In this document: positions 18,340-28,534 of the stretch, one piece after another | How the letters are laid out: each line of letters opens with the position of its first letter | How positions within the stretch are numbered: position 1 is the first letter of the stretch | Source: a virus | Strand: one strand, 5' to 3' | IMG/VR virus record: IMGVR_UViG_3300000095_000001 | Length of the DNA: 64,000 nt | Program-made: the position numbers and the translations under genes | The notes under the pieces: model-generated | Seen by the model: only the letters and a program-made list of their open reading frames with translations | Told to the model about the DNA's origin: nothing | The model's database searches: none

Positions 18340-18912
18340 TTACAATAGAATCTCCAAAGTTATTCTTATACCTGTACTTGAGATACCCGTTAAAGTATGA
18401 GCATTTCTAGCTAATAGAATCCCGTATAAATTAGCAGAACCTGCTGAATCTGTTGTGTATGACATACCAATACTTGTAACTGAGTAGAGAGTGTTAAGAG
18501 AACTAGCTAGAGGAAAGGAAAATTCAATATCACCTACAAAAGATTGAGCTTCAGTATCTGTAAGAGCAAAAGCAGAATAAAGAGTCTTATCTACCATTGT
18601 TGTTGTAATAGGTTTATCAAATAGGCGGATTAAATATTGTCCAGTAGAAACTACTTCACAGTATAAAGAGGCGTTCTGAATTACTCCTCCTAAACCTGCT
18701 CTTAAAGCTACTCCTGGGAAAGTAAATTGAGATGTTCCCATTACTTGATTAGCAGCATAAGCAGTAGTAGTTATTCCCGCTGTATTAGTTCCTACTGAAG
18801 AAACAGTTTGATTAGTGATAACAGGGATATGGGTAATTAGTCCTGTAATAGGATGAGTATAAGTAATACTATCAATATTTAAACCAGAACCTTGAGTGAC
18901 TGTATAAGGCAT
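18340..18912 (-). CDS. Tail-region beta-rich protein
   Basis: T/S/G rich ORF in tail cluster. Confidence 0.55.
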   Translation of the reverse strand: MPYTVTQGSGLNIDSITYTHPITGLITHIPVITNQTVSSVGTNTAGITTTAYAANQVMGTSQFTFPGVALRAGLGGVIQNASLYCEVVSTGQYLIRLFDKPITTTMVDKTLYSAFALTDTEAQSFVGDIEFSFPLASSLNTLYSVTSIGMSYTTDSAGSANLYGILLARNAHTLTGISSTGIRITLEILL

Positions 18913-18947
18913 TGTTTTTTATTTATTTTAACGTTTAAAATGGAAAG

Positions 18948-19331
18948 CTAGATAGTCTGCCGGACATAAGTAAGGATAATTGTTGCCGCATTTGGTTCTA
19001 CTGTAGTGTACCAAGGAAAACCACCAATCACACCAAAAGAAGTTCCCCCTGATAAACTATTAGGAACCACTGTAATTTCTAGTTTATCAGTTCCCCTTAA
19101 TCTAAGTTTAGAAATAGAGTTGAGTTCTATTGGTTCTGAACTAAATATAGGGAGAGTTAAATCTTTAATTATTGTTAAATCGTTTAGTTTAATAGTAACT
19201 TTAGCAGTTTCATTCTTTTCATTTTTTAATAGAACTTTAGCAATGATGTATGATGTGTTGCTATTAGCCTGAAAAAGAGTGGTAGGAGCAACGTTTAAAG
19301 TAGAATATTCTGTTAGTAGTTCTGTTGCCAT
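18948..19331 (-). CDS. Tail-region hypothetical protein
   Basis: ORF in tail cluster. Confidence 0.55.
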   Translation of the reverse strand: MATELLTEYSTLNVAPTTLFQANSNTSYIIAKVLLKNEKNETAKVTIKLNDLTIIKDLTLPIFSSEPIELNSISKLRLRGTDKLEITVVPNSLSGGTSFGVIGGFPWYTTVEPNAATIILTYVRQTI

Positions 19332-19338
19332 CTTTTCT

Positions 19339-19635
19339 TTAAATAATAGGTTTTTTAGCTAACTGTTGTTTGTTTCTCTCTACTCCAATAGCTTCTTGAA
19401 TAGTTTTCATTGCTTCTGTTAATTTAGCATTTCCTTTACAGCTAATTCTTAGTGGTTCAGAATCCCAATAAGGTTGTCCTGCTAATTTACCACTAGGAAG
19501 TCTAGTTTCTACAGTAAAATAAACTTCTATTATTATATCTTCTACTATTTCTTTAGCTGCTGCTAGATTAGCTTGTAATCGTTCTGTAGTATGTAAAGTA
19601 GATATATTATCTGAATCTGTAATTTTAAGCGGCAT
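19339..19635 (-). CDS. Tail-region protein (possible fibre chaperone)
   Basis: Directly downstream of the fibre gene. Confidence 0.45.
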   Translation of the reverse strand: MPLKITDSDNISTLHTTERLQANLAAAKEIVEDIIIEVYFTVETRLPSGKLAGQPYWDSEPLRISCKGNAKLTEAMKTIQEAIGVERNKQQLAKKPII

Positions 19636-19643
19636 ATTGATAT

Positions 19644-20825
19644 TTAGACTATATTGACAACATTTCCGTTTCTCCAGAGTGTTCCTGCGGGAAGTCCAGA
19701 TGAAGAAGTGGGTAAATTAGAAAGATTGATGCGAGTACCTGCTACAAACAAATTCCCTGTAAGTCCTAGAGAAGTTGCTGTAACTGCTGCAGCGGTACTA
19801 GAAGTAGCTTGAGTACCAGAATTAAATACGATGTTAGTATTGTTTTTAATTACAAAAGCTCCGGGACTACTATTTTCTGCATCATTTAAAGGAGCAAAGT
19901 AGAAGTCCCCATTAGGATCTACAAACATTTGGAATTTTTTTAAATCGGTGCCATACCCTGTACCGTTAAACACTATTTTTGGGTAAGCACTATTAATAAC
20001 TCTTAATTCTGGCCCCATAGATTTTACACCCGTAATGGTTTGAGCAGTTGTTAAATCTACAAAATTTTGAGTAGAGCTACCAGTACCTCCGTTAGCAATT
20101 GGTAAGCTTCCTGTAACATCGCTAGTTAAAACTACTTGTCCTAGCACTGAATTAGTTCCGTCACTTCTAAGAACTCTATTAGCTGTTTGGGTTCCCACTA
20201 AAGAGTTAATTGCTGCTTGTCTAGTCGTAGTCCCAGTTCCTCCGTTTCCAATTAATACAGTTCCAGTAATATTACTAGCAGTCCCAGTTGTATTTTGATT
20301 TAAAGTAGGGATATCGTTAGCTTGAATAGTAGATAGTATAACATTAGTTCCGTTACCTCTTAGATAAGTACCGGAAGTAACTGCTCCTGCTAAAGTATTT
20401 AGAGAAATCTGTTTATCTGCTAAGTTACTTAGATTTCCTGCACTATTAAGAAGAACTTGAGTAGCATTAGCACTATTTCTAAATTCTAAGTTAGCACCAT
20501 TTCTCCAAATAGCTCCTACAGATGTATGTACTGTAGTAGGTAAAACTAAACCATCACTAAAAGTTTTACTCCCTCCAATAGTTTGGCTAGTGGTTAAATC
20601 TACATAAGAAGCTGAGTTACCAGAACCGCCATTAGCAGGAGGAAGAACACCTATAACATCCGTACTTAAATCTACTTGAGCTAAAACAAGATTAGTACCG
20701 TTGCTTCTAAGAACTCTATTAGCTGTCATTGTAGATACTAAAGAGTTAAGAGCTAACTGTCTGTCATTAGCAGTTTTAACAACAGTTATTACACCATCTT
20801 TAAGTATCTGTATTCTCGTTGACAT
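19644..20825 (-). CDS. Tail fibre protein with internal repeats
   Basis: TANRVLRS[ND]GTN.VL.QV.L..DV.G.LP.ANGG.G...VDLTT.QTI.G.K twice plus one partial copy. Confidence 0.7.
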   Translation of the reverse strand: MSTRIQILKDGVITVVKTANDRQLALNSLVSTMTANRVLRSNGTNLVLAQVDLSTDVIGVLPPANGGSGNSASYVDLTTSQTIGGSKTFSDGLVLPTTVHTSVGAIWRNGANLEFRNSANATQVLLNSAGNLSNLADKQISLNTLAGAVTSGTYLRGNGTNVILSTIQANDIPTLNQNTTGTASNITGTVLIGNGGTGTTTRQAAINSLVGTQTANRVLRSDGTNSVLGQVVLTSDVTGSLPIANGGTGSSTQNFVDLTTAQTITGVKSMGPELRVINSAYPKIVFNGTGYGTDLKKFQMFVDPNGDFYFAPLNDAENSSPGAFVIKNNTNIVFNSGTQATSSTAAAVTATSLGLTGNLFVAGTRINLSNLPTSSSGLPAGTLWRNGNVVNIV

Positions 20826-21003
20826 CTAAATTCTCATCTATTTCAGGGTCTAGTTCTTTGATTCTTGCTTTTAAGTTTTCTATTTCATCTAAAACTACAT
20901 TTAGTTGAGCTTGCAAAGATATGCGTTCTTGTAGATACTGATAGCATTGATTTAGTGTTACTTCGATTAGCTTTTTTGAATACTGTTCTTGTTCTATTTG
21001 CAT
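20800..21003 (-). CDS. Small coiled-coil protein
   Basis: Heptad pattern, in operon. Confidence 0.55.
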   Translation of the reverse strand: MQIEQEQYSKKLIEVTLNQCYQYLQERISLQAQLNVVLDEIENLKARIKELDPEIDENLDVNENTDT

Positions 21004-21009
21004 AGTTAG

Positions 21010-23499
21010 TTACCACATTGAATAAATCATTAAATCTACTATTGTTCCTCTTTTGTTAGCTTCGACATAAGCTTTACTGTCTAGTGTAACAGATGTGTAG
21101 TTCTCCGGGATAACATAAACACTTCCAAAATTATATATTCCAGGGTTTCTAATCTGTAAATAATAAGTATCTCCATTCATCATATTGAGAGGATTATTTA
21201 TGTTACTAATTGTTCCAGTATTGTTAATTAGACAATATTTATCTGTTACTGCTAAATCAGGAGTAATAGTAGAAGCATAAGTAACTATTTGAGCAGGTTC
21301 TACATAAGAAGTTCCTGTACTACTGTTACTACTACTTCCACCACCTAAAGCTAATATAAGAGGTATCACGCTATCATCTACTGACCTAATTAAGTCATTT
21401 AAGGTACTAATGTTAGGAAATATAGTAGAGTAGACGTAAGCACTTACTTGGTCTAAGTTAAGTCCTGATTCTTTTTCTTTCCATATACCCGGAGAACTAG
21501 AAGGCAAAGTACCTGGTTTAAAGCTAGTTACATTATTAGCTGCTCCTGTCTGATATTTGTAGAATACTAAATCTAAGTAACTGTTATCTGTACCTTTAAG
21601 TGATCTTCTCTGCCCATCAGGTATGTAAGTAGTGTCTAATGAAATTAATTGTTCTTTAAATAAAGGTTCTCCTAAATACTTCATGTTGTTGAGTGCTTGA
21701 GATAAGGGCATATCTAGTTCTAAGATACATCCTTTAGCAGTATCGTGGTTGATAGATGTTACTTGATTGCCATCATACAGATAAGCAATACTAAATCTAT
21801 AACTACCGATACTAAAGCCACTACCTAACCCACTGCTGATAACAAAGTAAGGTAAGTCGTATAGATTAAAACTACTATCTGTACTTGTTGCATTAGGTAT
21901 ATTACTTACAACTACTCCACTGTTCCAATCTAATAAGTTAATAGAGAAGGTACTATTAGTTATGTTGCTGTTATAGTTAACTTCAAACTTCCTCACTTCA
22001 GAGTTAGATTGTCTCTGAACGTATACTACATACTTACCAATAACAAAATTAGTAAGGGAACTAGCTATTAAGTCAGGGTAGTTACTTCTAATAGAGGTAG
22101 GTAAAGTCAGTTGTAAGGCGAAGTTAGAGTTTTGAGTAATAGATATGTAACTACTCCAGTTGGTAGCAGAAGTCTGTCCGGAAACAGTAGACACAATAGC
22201 TCTAATAGCAGAAGAGTTAGGTAAAGCAGTAGGAGCTAAAAAGCAGTTACCTAAGTTGTTGATAAAAACTTTTTGATTAGCTGTATTAGGTACTAATCCT
22301 AAAATAGTAGTTTTTGGTAGTAGAGGAAAAGTGTAATTCTTAATTAGTCCACTACCTGACAGCACTTCAAGACCTGTATTAGTAGTAGAAGGGAATACTC
22401 TGCGCCTACCTCCTTCAGTAAATATACAATCTCCTATTATCTCACCTCCTGCTACGTAACTCCCTACATTAGAAACAAAAGAAGGGTAAATAGAAATAAT
22501 AGAACCTTCTGGAATAAAGTCATTGAGTTCTGCTCCTAAAAAGTTTAAATAGAAACTAAAAGATAAAGTCTCTCCAATTAATAAGTCTTCTTCTAACGCA
22601 AAGTTTGGATTGTTAGCATTAAATATTAAAGGAATACCTAACTTCTCAAAAGGTGTAATTCCATCTCTTTTAGTAGTTCTAAGAGTACAAGTGTCTAAAT
22701 CTACTATTCCTTCAAATACGTAACGAATCTTTCTATCAAATAGATTAGTTTTTATATTCTCGTTTAGTTTAACTGTAAGAGTAATTCTAGTTCCAACTGC
22801 TACTGAACCACTAGCATTATCTACCCACAACCTAATAGAAGAAGAATCACTTCCATCACTCCCATAACTTCCAAGAATAGGACTAATATTGTTTTCTTCT
22901 CTTAAATCTAGTCTAGAACCGTCAACATCGTAAACTGATGAGATATAAGTAGAAAAACCTCCTCTAGCCTTAAATCGTTTACCAGTGCTTGCTAAAAGAG
23001 TTTCTTGATTGTTAACTTCAGAAGTAGAATCAAAAGCGTCATATTCATAAACTAATCCAGTTCCGTTATAGCCAATCCTCATTCCATGAAGTAAATCAGC
23101 AGAAGAAATATTGATAAGATTATCTGACGTTATATAACCAGTCCTTAAGAATATATCTCTACTAATAACTAAAACTAATGGGAAAGTAATAGATGAAGTT
23201 ACTGGTATTTTAGCTATCTGACTGAAGGTATTAGGTAAAGGAGAAGTAGAAACTCCAATAACGTAATTAAATATCTCCTCAGTTGGTAGTTTAGCTTGTG
23301 AGTTAATAGTTATAGTAACTTTACCAGAAGAAGGTATAACTACTAGAGATGAGATAAGTAGTAGATTTCTACCTATTCTATTTTCAGTTTGAAGTGAGAA
23401 ATAAAGACTTTTAGAACTTAAAGAACCATTAGTAGAAGGAGTTACTGACCAACAGCTATTAGGTAAAACTATTCTACTATTTGCATAAGTTACTGCCAT
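21010..23499 (-). CDS. Tail tip / baseplate-associated protein
   Basis: 829 aa, beta-rich, fibre-like C-terminus. Confidence 0.55.
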   Translation of the reverse strand: MAVTYANSRIVLPNSCWSVTPSTNGSLSSKSLYFSLQTENRIGRNLLLISSLVVIPSSGKVTITINSQAKLPTEEIFNYVIGVSTSPLPNTFSQIAKIPVTSSITFPLVLVISRDIFLRTGYITSDNLINISSADLLHGMRIGYNGTGLVYEYDAFDSTSEVNNQETLLASTGKRFKARGGFSTYISSVYDVDGSRLDLREENNISPILGSYGSDGSDSSSIRLWVDNASGSVAVGTRITLTVKLNENIKTNLFDRKIRYVFEGIVDLDTCTLRTTKRDGITPFEKLGIPLIFNANNPNFALEEDLLIGETLSFSFYLNFLGAELNDFIPEGSIISIYPSFVSNVGSYVAGGEIIGDCIFTEGGRRRVFPSTTNTGLEVLSGSGLIKNYTFPLLPKTTILGLVPNTANQKVFINNLGNCFLAPTALPNSSAIRAIVSTVSGQTSATNWSSYISITQNSNFALQLTLPTSIRSNYPDLIASSLTNFVIGKYVVYVQRQSNSEVRKFEVNYNSNITNSTFSINLLDWNSGVVVSNIPNATSTDSSFNLYDLPYFVISSGLGSGFSIGSYRFSIAYLYDGNQVTSINHDTAKGCILELDMPLSQALNNMKYLGEPLFKEQLISLDTTYIPDGQRRSLKGTDNSYLDLVFYKYQTGAANNVTSFKPGTLPSSSPGIWKEKESGLNLDQVSAYVYSTIFPNISTLNDLIRSVDDSVIPLILALGGGSSSNSSTGTSYVEPAQIVTYASTITPDLAVTDKYCLINNTGTISNINNPLNMMNGDTYYLQIRNPGIYNFGSVYVIPENYTSVTLDSKAYVEANKRGTIVDLMIYSMW

Positions 23500-23507
23500 G
23501 TCATCTC

Positions 23508-23660
23508 CTATCTCAGTTGAGTAATTCTAGTAATAACTTTCTGACCACCTTTACTAGATAACTTAATTTGCTTACCTCCGATAGTTAGAATATTACCTTT
23601 AATAGTTATCTTGTCTTTCTCTAATATCTGAAGTATTTTAGTTATTAACTGTTCTTCCAT
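23508..23660 (-). CDS. 50-aa hypothetical protein (not in ORF track)
   Basis: MEEQLITKILQILEKDKITIKGNILTIGGKQIKLSSKGGQKVITRITQLR*; ends 8 nt before the next start. Confidence 0.55.
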   Translation of the reverse strand: MEEQLITKILQILEKDKITIKGNILTIGGKQIKLSSKGGQKVITRITQLR

Positions 23661-23699
23661 TTTTGTTATATTTATAGTGTCTATTTAATAGTATCTCAC

Positions 23700-25097
23700 A
23701 TGATAGGGAAGAATAAGGTAAAAGGTCATAATAGAGTAGCTAAAGGGAAGAGCGGGTTTAAAGTAATAAGAGTAGATGACTTTTTCCGGAAGAAAGATGA
23801 TAACAGAGGAAAGAAGATAGCTTTAGGAGTTGCAGGCGCAGGACTTCTATTAGGAGCAGGGTTACTAGCTAAAAAGAAAGGTTTTAAGTTACCTTCATTT
23901 GGTAAGAAAGCTAGTGAGATGGTAGTAGATGTAAAAGCTACTAGAGTTCCAAGTAATAAACTACTAACTCCTGGTAAAAAAGCTCAAAACTTAATAGAAG
24001 ACCCTTGGGAAACTCCTATATTAACTAAGATACAGAAAGAAAGTCAATTAGTTACTACTAAATCAGAAGGCAGTAAGTTACTGAGTCCTGCCAAGCCTAA
24101 GGAAAGAAGTCTATTACAAAAACCTCAAAGAAAAACTAAAGGATTAGAAGATAAAGTGATTCAAGTAAGTAATGCACAGAGAGACTATCAATCTCTTCCA
24201 GTAGAGATGCAGACTATACTACAAGTTGAGAAAGCTCTATTATCTCCAACTAAAGTAAGTAAGCTAGGTAGACCTCCTGAAAGAACGTCTATTGTCAAAT
24301 TAGTAGATGGCTCAGAAGGTAGATTAGATAAAGCAACTAGGAAAGTAAAAGATAGACTTCAAAGAGAAAAGTCTATTTCAGATGGAGCTGTAAAAAAAAA
24401 ACTAGATGATGTTGTTCCTAGTGCATCTAGAAGAAACTTATTACTAATAGATAAAACTAAAGCTGCTATTAGGGATAGAGACACGATTAAAGATATTGTT
24501 ATTACTTCTGTTACTGAGCGTAAAAGTCCAATGGGATTAGCAATTCAACAAATTAATAAATTAGCTAAAGACCCAGAAGCAGAGAAGTTAGGTATTCAAG
24601 TAAAAGCAGAAGAATGGGAAAGAGCTTTATCTCAAATATCTGGTAGAAGAGGTGCAATTAAAGCTACTGGCAGAGGTTTAGCTAAAGGTACTGAGTCTGC
24701 TATTTATGCTCGTGTAGTTAAACCTAAGATTATAAGAACTCTACTAAATGAAGTCAGGTCAGGTAATCTCAAATCTACTAATCCTAAAGGTTATTCTGAA
24801 AGACTTAAAAGAATCCACGATAACTTTGATGAGTTAATGACTAAAGGAGAAGGAGTAGATTATAGAACTCTATCAAGGAGAGACTTAGCTAAACGAGTAA
24901 GTAAAGTAATGGAACCTGAAATTAAAGATGCTACTACCAAAGCTAAAGATTGGGCTACTAGCGGTAGTGATCTATACGATACTTTTTTAGGCGCTCCTAC
25001 AGAAGTAACAACAGCACTTAACCGAGCAGGAATTACAGATAGAAAAGCTCAGTTCGTAATGAGGCAGATTATGAGATTAAACGGATTAATACCTTAG
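23700..25097 (+). CDS. Basic protein with N-terminal glycine-zipper helix (putative internal virion protein)
   Basis: VKGHNR...KVIRVDDFFR then KKIALGVAGAGLLLGAGLLAKK; similar to the N-terminus of 58322..59407. Confidence 0.6.
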   Translation: MIGKNKVKGHNRVAKGKSGFKVIRVDDFFRKKDDNRGKKIALGVAGAGLLLGAGLLAKKKGFKLPSFGKKASEMVVDVKATRVPSNKLLTPGKKAQNLIEDPWETPILTKIQKESQLVTTKSEGSKLLSPAKPKERSLLQKPQRKTKGLEDKVIQVSNAQRDYQSLPVEMQTILQVEKALLSPTKVSKLGRPPERTSIVKLVDGSEGRLDKATRKVKDRLQREKSISDGAVKKKLDDVVPSASRRNLLLIDKTKAAIRDRDTIKDIVITSVTERKSPMGLAIQQINKLAKDPEAEKLGIQVKAEEWERALSQISGRRGAIKATGRGLAKGTESAIYARVVKPKIIRTLLNEVRSGNLKSTNPKGYSERLKRIHDNFDELMTKGEGVDYRTLSRRDLAKRVSKVMEPEIKDATTKAKDWATSGSDLYDTFLGAPTEVTTALNRAGITDRKAQFVMRQIMRLNGLIP

Positions 25098-25102
25098 AAA
25101 CT

Positions 25103-25282
25103 ATGAAATATAAGATATACATTTCTTGGAGCTGTGACAGATATGATTATTATTGTACTGATAGCGACGAGTATGTAGTAGATGACTTAGAAGAGTATCT
25201 AGTTGATTTTGCTGAGAAAGTTGAATATATAAGAAAAACTTGTGGAAGTATTATAACTATTCAAATTAATAAAGTAAACTAA
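25103..25282 (+). CDS. 59-aa hypothetical protein (not in ORF track)
   Basis: MKYKIYISWSCDRYDYYC...QINKVN*; fills the gap. Confidence 0.55.
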   Translation: MKYKIYISWSCDRYDYYCTDSDEYVVDDLEEYLVDFAEKVEYIRKTCGSIITIQINKVN

Positions 25283-25286
25283 TGTA

Positions 25287-25838
25287 ATGATTAAATTAAC
25301 TAAAAAGGATAATAAGAAAATTACTTTATACTTACCTGAGTACGAAACAAAAATAATAGAGTCTATACTAACTAAAGAAGAAATTGAGTTATTAATTGAA
25401 CAGCGAAAAGAAGCTAGAAGGTTTAAGAATTATTTAAAAGCGGATAATATTCGTAATAAACTTAAAGACACGGGAGTATTTCTCTTTGATAAAGAAGATG
25501 GGAGAACTGTTTGGGATACTGGAAGTTGTATCGGTGAAAGCTTATTTCGATTAGATTTTAATATAAATCGTCTTGTAAGTAAAGGTAGACCCGATTGGGG
25601 TTGGCTGCCTGTGTCCTATATGCTAGAGATATACTCCAATCCTAGAAAAGTAACTAAATATAATGAAACTATAAGTTACTTATGGATTGAGACTTACAGT
25701 GATATAGAAACTATGTTTGATCATTTTCACTTAGCTAATAGTTTTGTACTACATATTAAAGGTAAAAAAATCTATTTAGTTAATGATTGGAATGAGATAG
25801 ATAAAGTGATGCTTGTTGGTGGAAAGTGGAAAAGATAA
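25287..25838 (+). CDS. Protein containing a CysRS C-terminal (anticodon-binding)-like domain
   Basis: EEIELLIEQRKEARRFKNYLKADNIRNKLKDTGVFLFDKEDGRTVW. Confidence 0.65.
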   Translation: MIKLTKKDNKKITLYLPEYETKIIESILTKEEIELLIEQRKEARRFKNYLKADNIRNKLKDTGVFLFDKEDGRTVWDTGSCIGESLFRLDFNINRLVSKGRPDWGWLPVSYMLEIYSNPRKVTKYNETISYLWIETYSDIETMFDHFHLANSFVLHIKGKKIYLVNDWNEIDKVMLVGGKWKR

Positions 25839-25839
25839 G

Positions 25840-28533
25840 TTACCCGCTATACCTACTACCAAACCCGTAAGCTATTTTTCCTAACTCTTTTCCTCTAGTA
25901 TATATGTCAAATATATGGACTTCATTGGGGGAATTATTTGCATTACTAATAGGTTCTGTATTTTCTTTTGGTAGTTTGATTTTAGTTAATGAGGTTAAGC
26001 TACCTAAACTACTATCTATTCCTAAACTAAGAGAAGTAGAACCAACTCCTATAACAATGGGTAAGTCACTACCTACTTCTTCTATATAACCCTTAATCTC
26101 TACACTACTGCTACTACTAATCATTCGACACTTCCAAGCATCCCAAGAATAGTTAAATGTAACTTTACTACCCTCAATCATTTCAGGTATAAAGAGAGTA
26201 GTAAAAGAAATAGAACAGTTATTGTTCATATCATCTATTTCTAAATCAGTAATAGCTCCTAAGAATGCTTCAGATTTGTGTTTAGTATTGTAAGAAACAG
26301 AACCTTGAATTGGGTCATTAACGTTATAACCTTGAGTGATTAGTAGATGTCTGTAAGTATCTTTAGGCTTTTGAATAGCATCTTTACGTTTAGTCTCAGT
26401 CATTGTGTAATAGAAGTCTGAATTTTCTTTTAAGCTCTCTTCAGTTTTAAGAACAAAAGGTAATTGTTTTCTAGTTGCTTCTGGAGGTCTACCACTTCCA
26501 TCTTCTATCCTAATATTAGTAGAGGCATTTCTGAAGTTACTATCTTGAGCTGACCTTTCAGCTATGTGAGTTTCGTATTTGTCCTCTAACCCATCTTTGT
26601 CATCTCCAATAAAGTTGTCTTTAACTGAACTACCAGTAGAAGTAAAACCCAATCCTTCTTCTTGAATAGTAGATTTACTTCTATGGATGAAGGTCTTTTT
26701 ATATATCTCCATCTCTCTGCCAGTAGTTAGTGGAGGATTGTAAATAGGATTATCAGTAACAGTTTCAGGAGGAGAATCTCTAAACTCTCTTCTTAAAGCT
26801 AAGTTAGCTGGGTCTTCTATTCTACTAAAGCATGAGTAAAAGGTATATTCTTCTCCTACGTGCATTGGTTCTATCCAAGTAGGGTCTCTCATGTATTTAG
26901 TAACTAACTTACCGTCAGATGTACATACTTGATAAGGGATGTTAGGAGATGAGTTATTAGCATCTTGATAGTAATCTCTATTCTGTCTCAATATAAACTG
27001 AGTTCCTCCACTAATAGGTATTGCTCTAAATCTATAACAATCTATTATTTGGTTTAGTTCATATAGCTTCTCTCCTCTTACTACATCGTCTGATTCATAT
27101 AACTTAGATAGTGGGTCTGCTATTGCTAACTTCTCTTGTTCTAATTTAGCTGTCTCAGTAGATGACTCTTGTTTGTATCTGCACATCTTCCATCCTGTTA
27201 TTGAGTTACCTAAGTAATAACCAGTAGCAGAATCAAATAGATAAGTAGTTTCTTGTACTTCAGTTAATCCCCAGTAGTTGCTAGGAGAAGCTTCTAATAT
27301 ACTTTCTCCGTTTCTAGTAATCACAATATCCTTAGATAGATACATGAATCCCCAAGTCTCTATCTTCTCCCAGATGATTGTAGTACCTTCTCTCTTAGTA
27401 GTAGTTTTAACCTTTATCTTCCCTGATGCGTCATAGTTAAGGTCTACTGTCTTGAGTAATCCTTCGTCGTTTGGAGGGGATGATGCGTTATCTGGGTCAG
27501 ATATACTTTCTTTTACTCTAATGTTTAGCTGAAGCCATTGAGGAATAGTATTCTGATAAGTATCTTCTTCATTAGTTTCTAAAGGCACCTCATCTGACTT
27601 GTTCCATGTAAGTTCAGAAGGTTTATATCCTAACTCGCTCATGTTGTCAGAATAACTAACAGTAGATATTATCTTCTTCTCTCCTACTTTATACTTCTGA
27701 GGAGTTGCCCATTTCACAGTCTTTATACCTTCATCTGATGAGTAGAGGACATAAAGACCTTTAGTTCTCTTTCTACTATCTAACTCACTAGCAAATGTAG
27801 TAGTAAGGTCAGGAGATACTGGTTTCTGATAGTTGCATAAGAAGTCATAACCTAAGTAATTAATTCCTAATCTACCTGCATAAGAACTGAGAGGCACTAC
27901 TAATTCATCTGACTTGTTGAGTGAGTTAGCTAATCCAGTAGAAGGTCTACTATTTCCATCTATCTTACATTCAGGTGCTTCAAAAGGTTTGTTAGTAAGG
28001 TTACTTGTTCCTCTGTTCTTCACAAATAAAGGTTGATTGATTAACTTAGAGTACCAACCTTCAAAAGAAATGTTAATGTCATAATGTCCTATCGGATGAA
28101 CTGCTCTCTCATGAATAGTTTCTGAGTAGTTAGTACATCTGAAAGGAATATTATAGAATACATATTTAACTTCCCTATCTCTGAACTTGTCACGTACATT
28201 ATCTATTTCATCTCTGCTACATACTAGATTAAAGGATATAGAAGGGTGATTCTCAAAACTTCTACTAATAGTAAAGCCTCCTACTAATTTATGTTCTATT
28301 ATGAAGTCCGGTAGTTCTATTTGATTGCTTATAAATACTTCCTTATCTCCTAATATTTTTATTGGTAGAGGGTCATTAGTAATTTTAGTATTTACTTTAC
28401 AACATAAGAGAACTTTTTGAGTAATAGGGTTGAAGAGAAATGTACCTGGACTTGTAGCTAACTTAGTAACTTGTTCAGAAGGTAGTTGATTAGTAGATGT
28501 AATGATGCTATTTAAAGGTGACTTAGGAGACAT
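25840..28533 (-). CDS. Tail hub / tail tip protein
   Basis: 897 aa, downstream of tape measure and distal-tail-like gene. Confidence 0.55.
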   Translation of the reverse strand: MSPKSPLNSIITSTNQLPSEQVTKLATSPGTFLFNPITQKVLLCCKVNTKITNDPLPIKILGDKEVFISNQIELPDFIIEHKLVGGFTISRSFENHPSISFNLVCSRDEIDNVRDKFRDREVKYVFYNIPFRCTNYSETIHERAVHPIGHYDINISFEGWYSKLINQPLFVKNRGTSNLTNKPFEAPECKIDGNSRPSTGLANSLNKSDELVVPLSSYAGRLGINYLGYDFLCNYQKPVSPDLTTTFASELDSRKRTKGLYVLYSSDEGIKTVKWATPQKYKVGEKKIISTVSYSDNMSELGYKPSELTWNKSDEVPLETNEEDTYQNTIPQWLQLNIRVKESISDPDNASSPPNDEGLLKTVDLNYDASGKIKVKTTTKREGTTIIWEKIETWGFMYLSKDIVITRNGESILEASPSNYWGLTEVQETTYLFDSATGYYLGNSITGWKMCRYKQESSTETAKLEQEKLAIADPLSKLYESDDVVRGEKLYELNQIIDCYRFRAIPISGGTQFILRQNRDYYQDANNSSPNIPYQVCTSDGKLVTKYMRDPTWIEPMHVGEEYTFYSCFSRIEDPANLALRREFRDSPPETVTDNPIYNPPLTTGREMEIYKKTFIHRSKSTIQEEGLGFTSTGSSVKDNFIGDDKDGLEDKYETHIAERSAQDSNFRNASTNIRIEDGSGRPPEATRKQLPFVLKTEESLKENSDFYYTMTETKRKDAIQKPKDTYRHLLITQGYNVNDPIQGSVSYNTKHKSEAFLGAITDLEIDDMNNNCSISFTTLFIPEMIEGSKVTFNYSWDAWKCRMISSSSSVEIKGYIEEVGSDLPIVIGVGSTSLSLGIDSSLGSLTSLTKIKLPKENTEPISNANNSPNEVHIFDIYTRGKELGKIAYGFGSRYSG

Positions 28534-28534
28534 A

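Noticed and set aside
23669-23676. T4-type late promoter TATAAATA on the - strand
   Set aside because: Single occurrence in AT-rich DNA and no T4-like gene set in the window
24415-24890. Twin-arginine motifs (SRRNLL, GRRGAI, SRRDL) in the 465-aa protein
   Set aside because: Internal rather than N-terminal, with no following signal-peptide h-region; expected by chance in an R/K-rich protein
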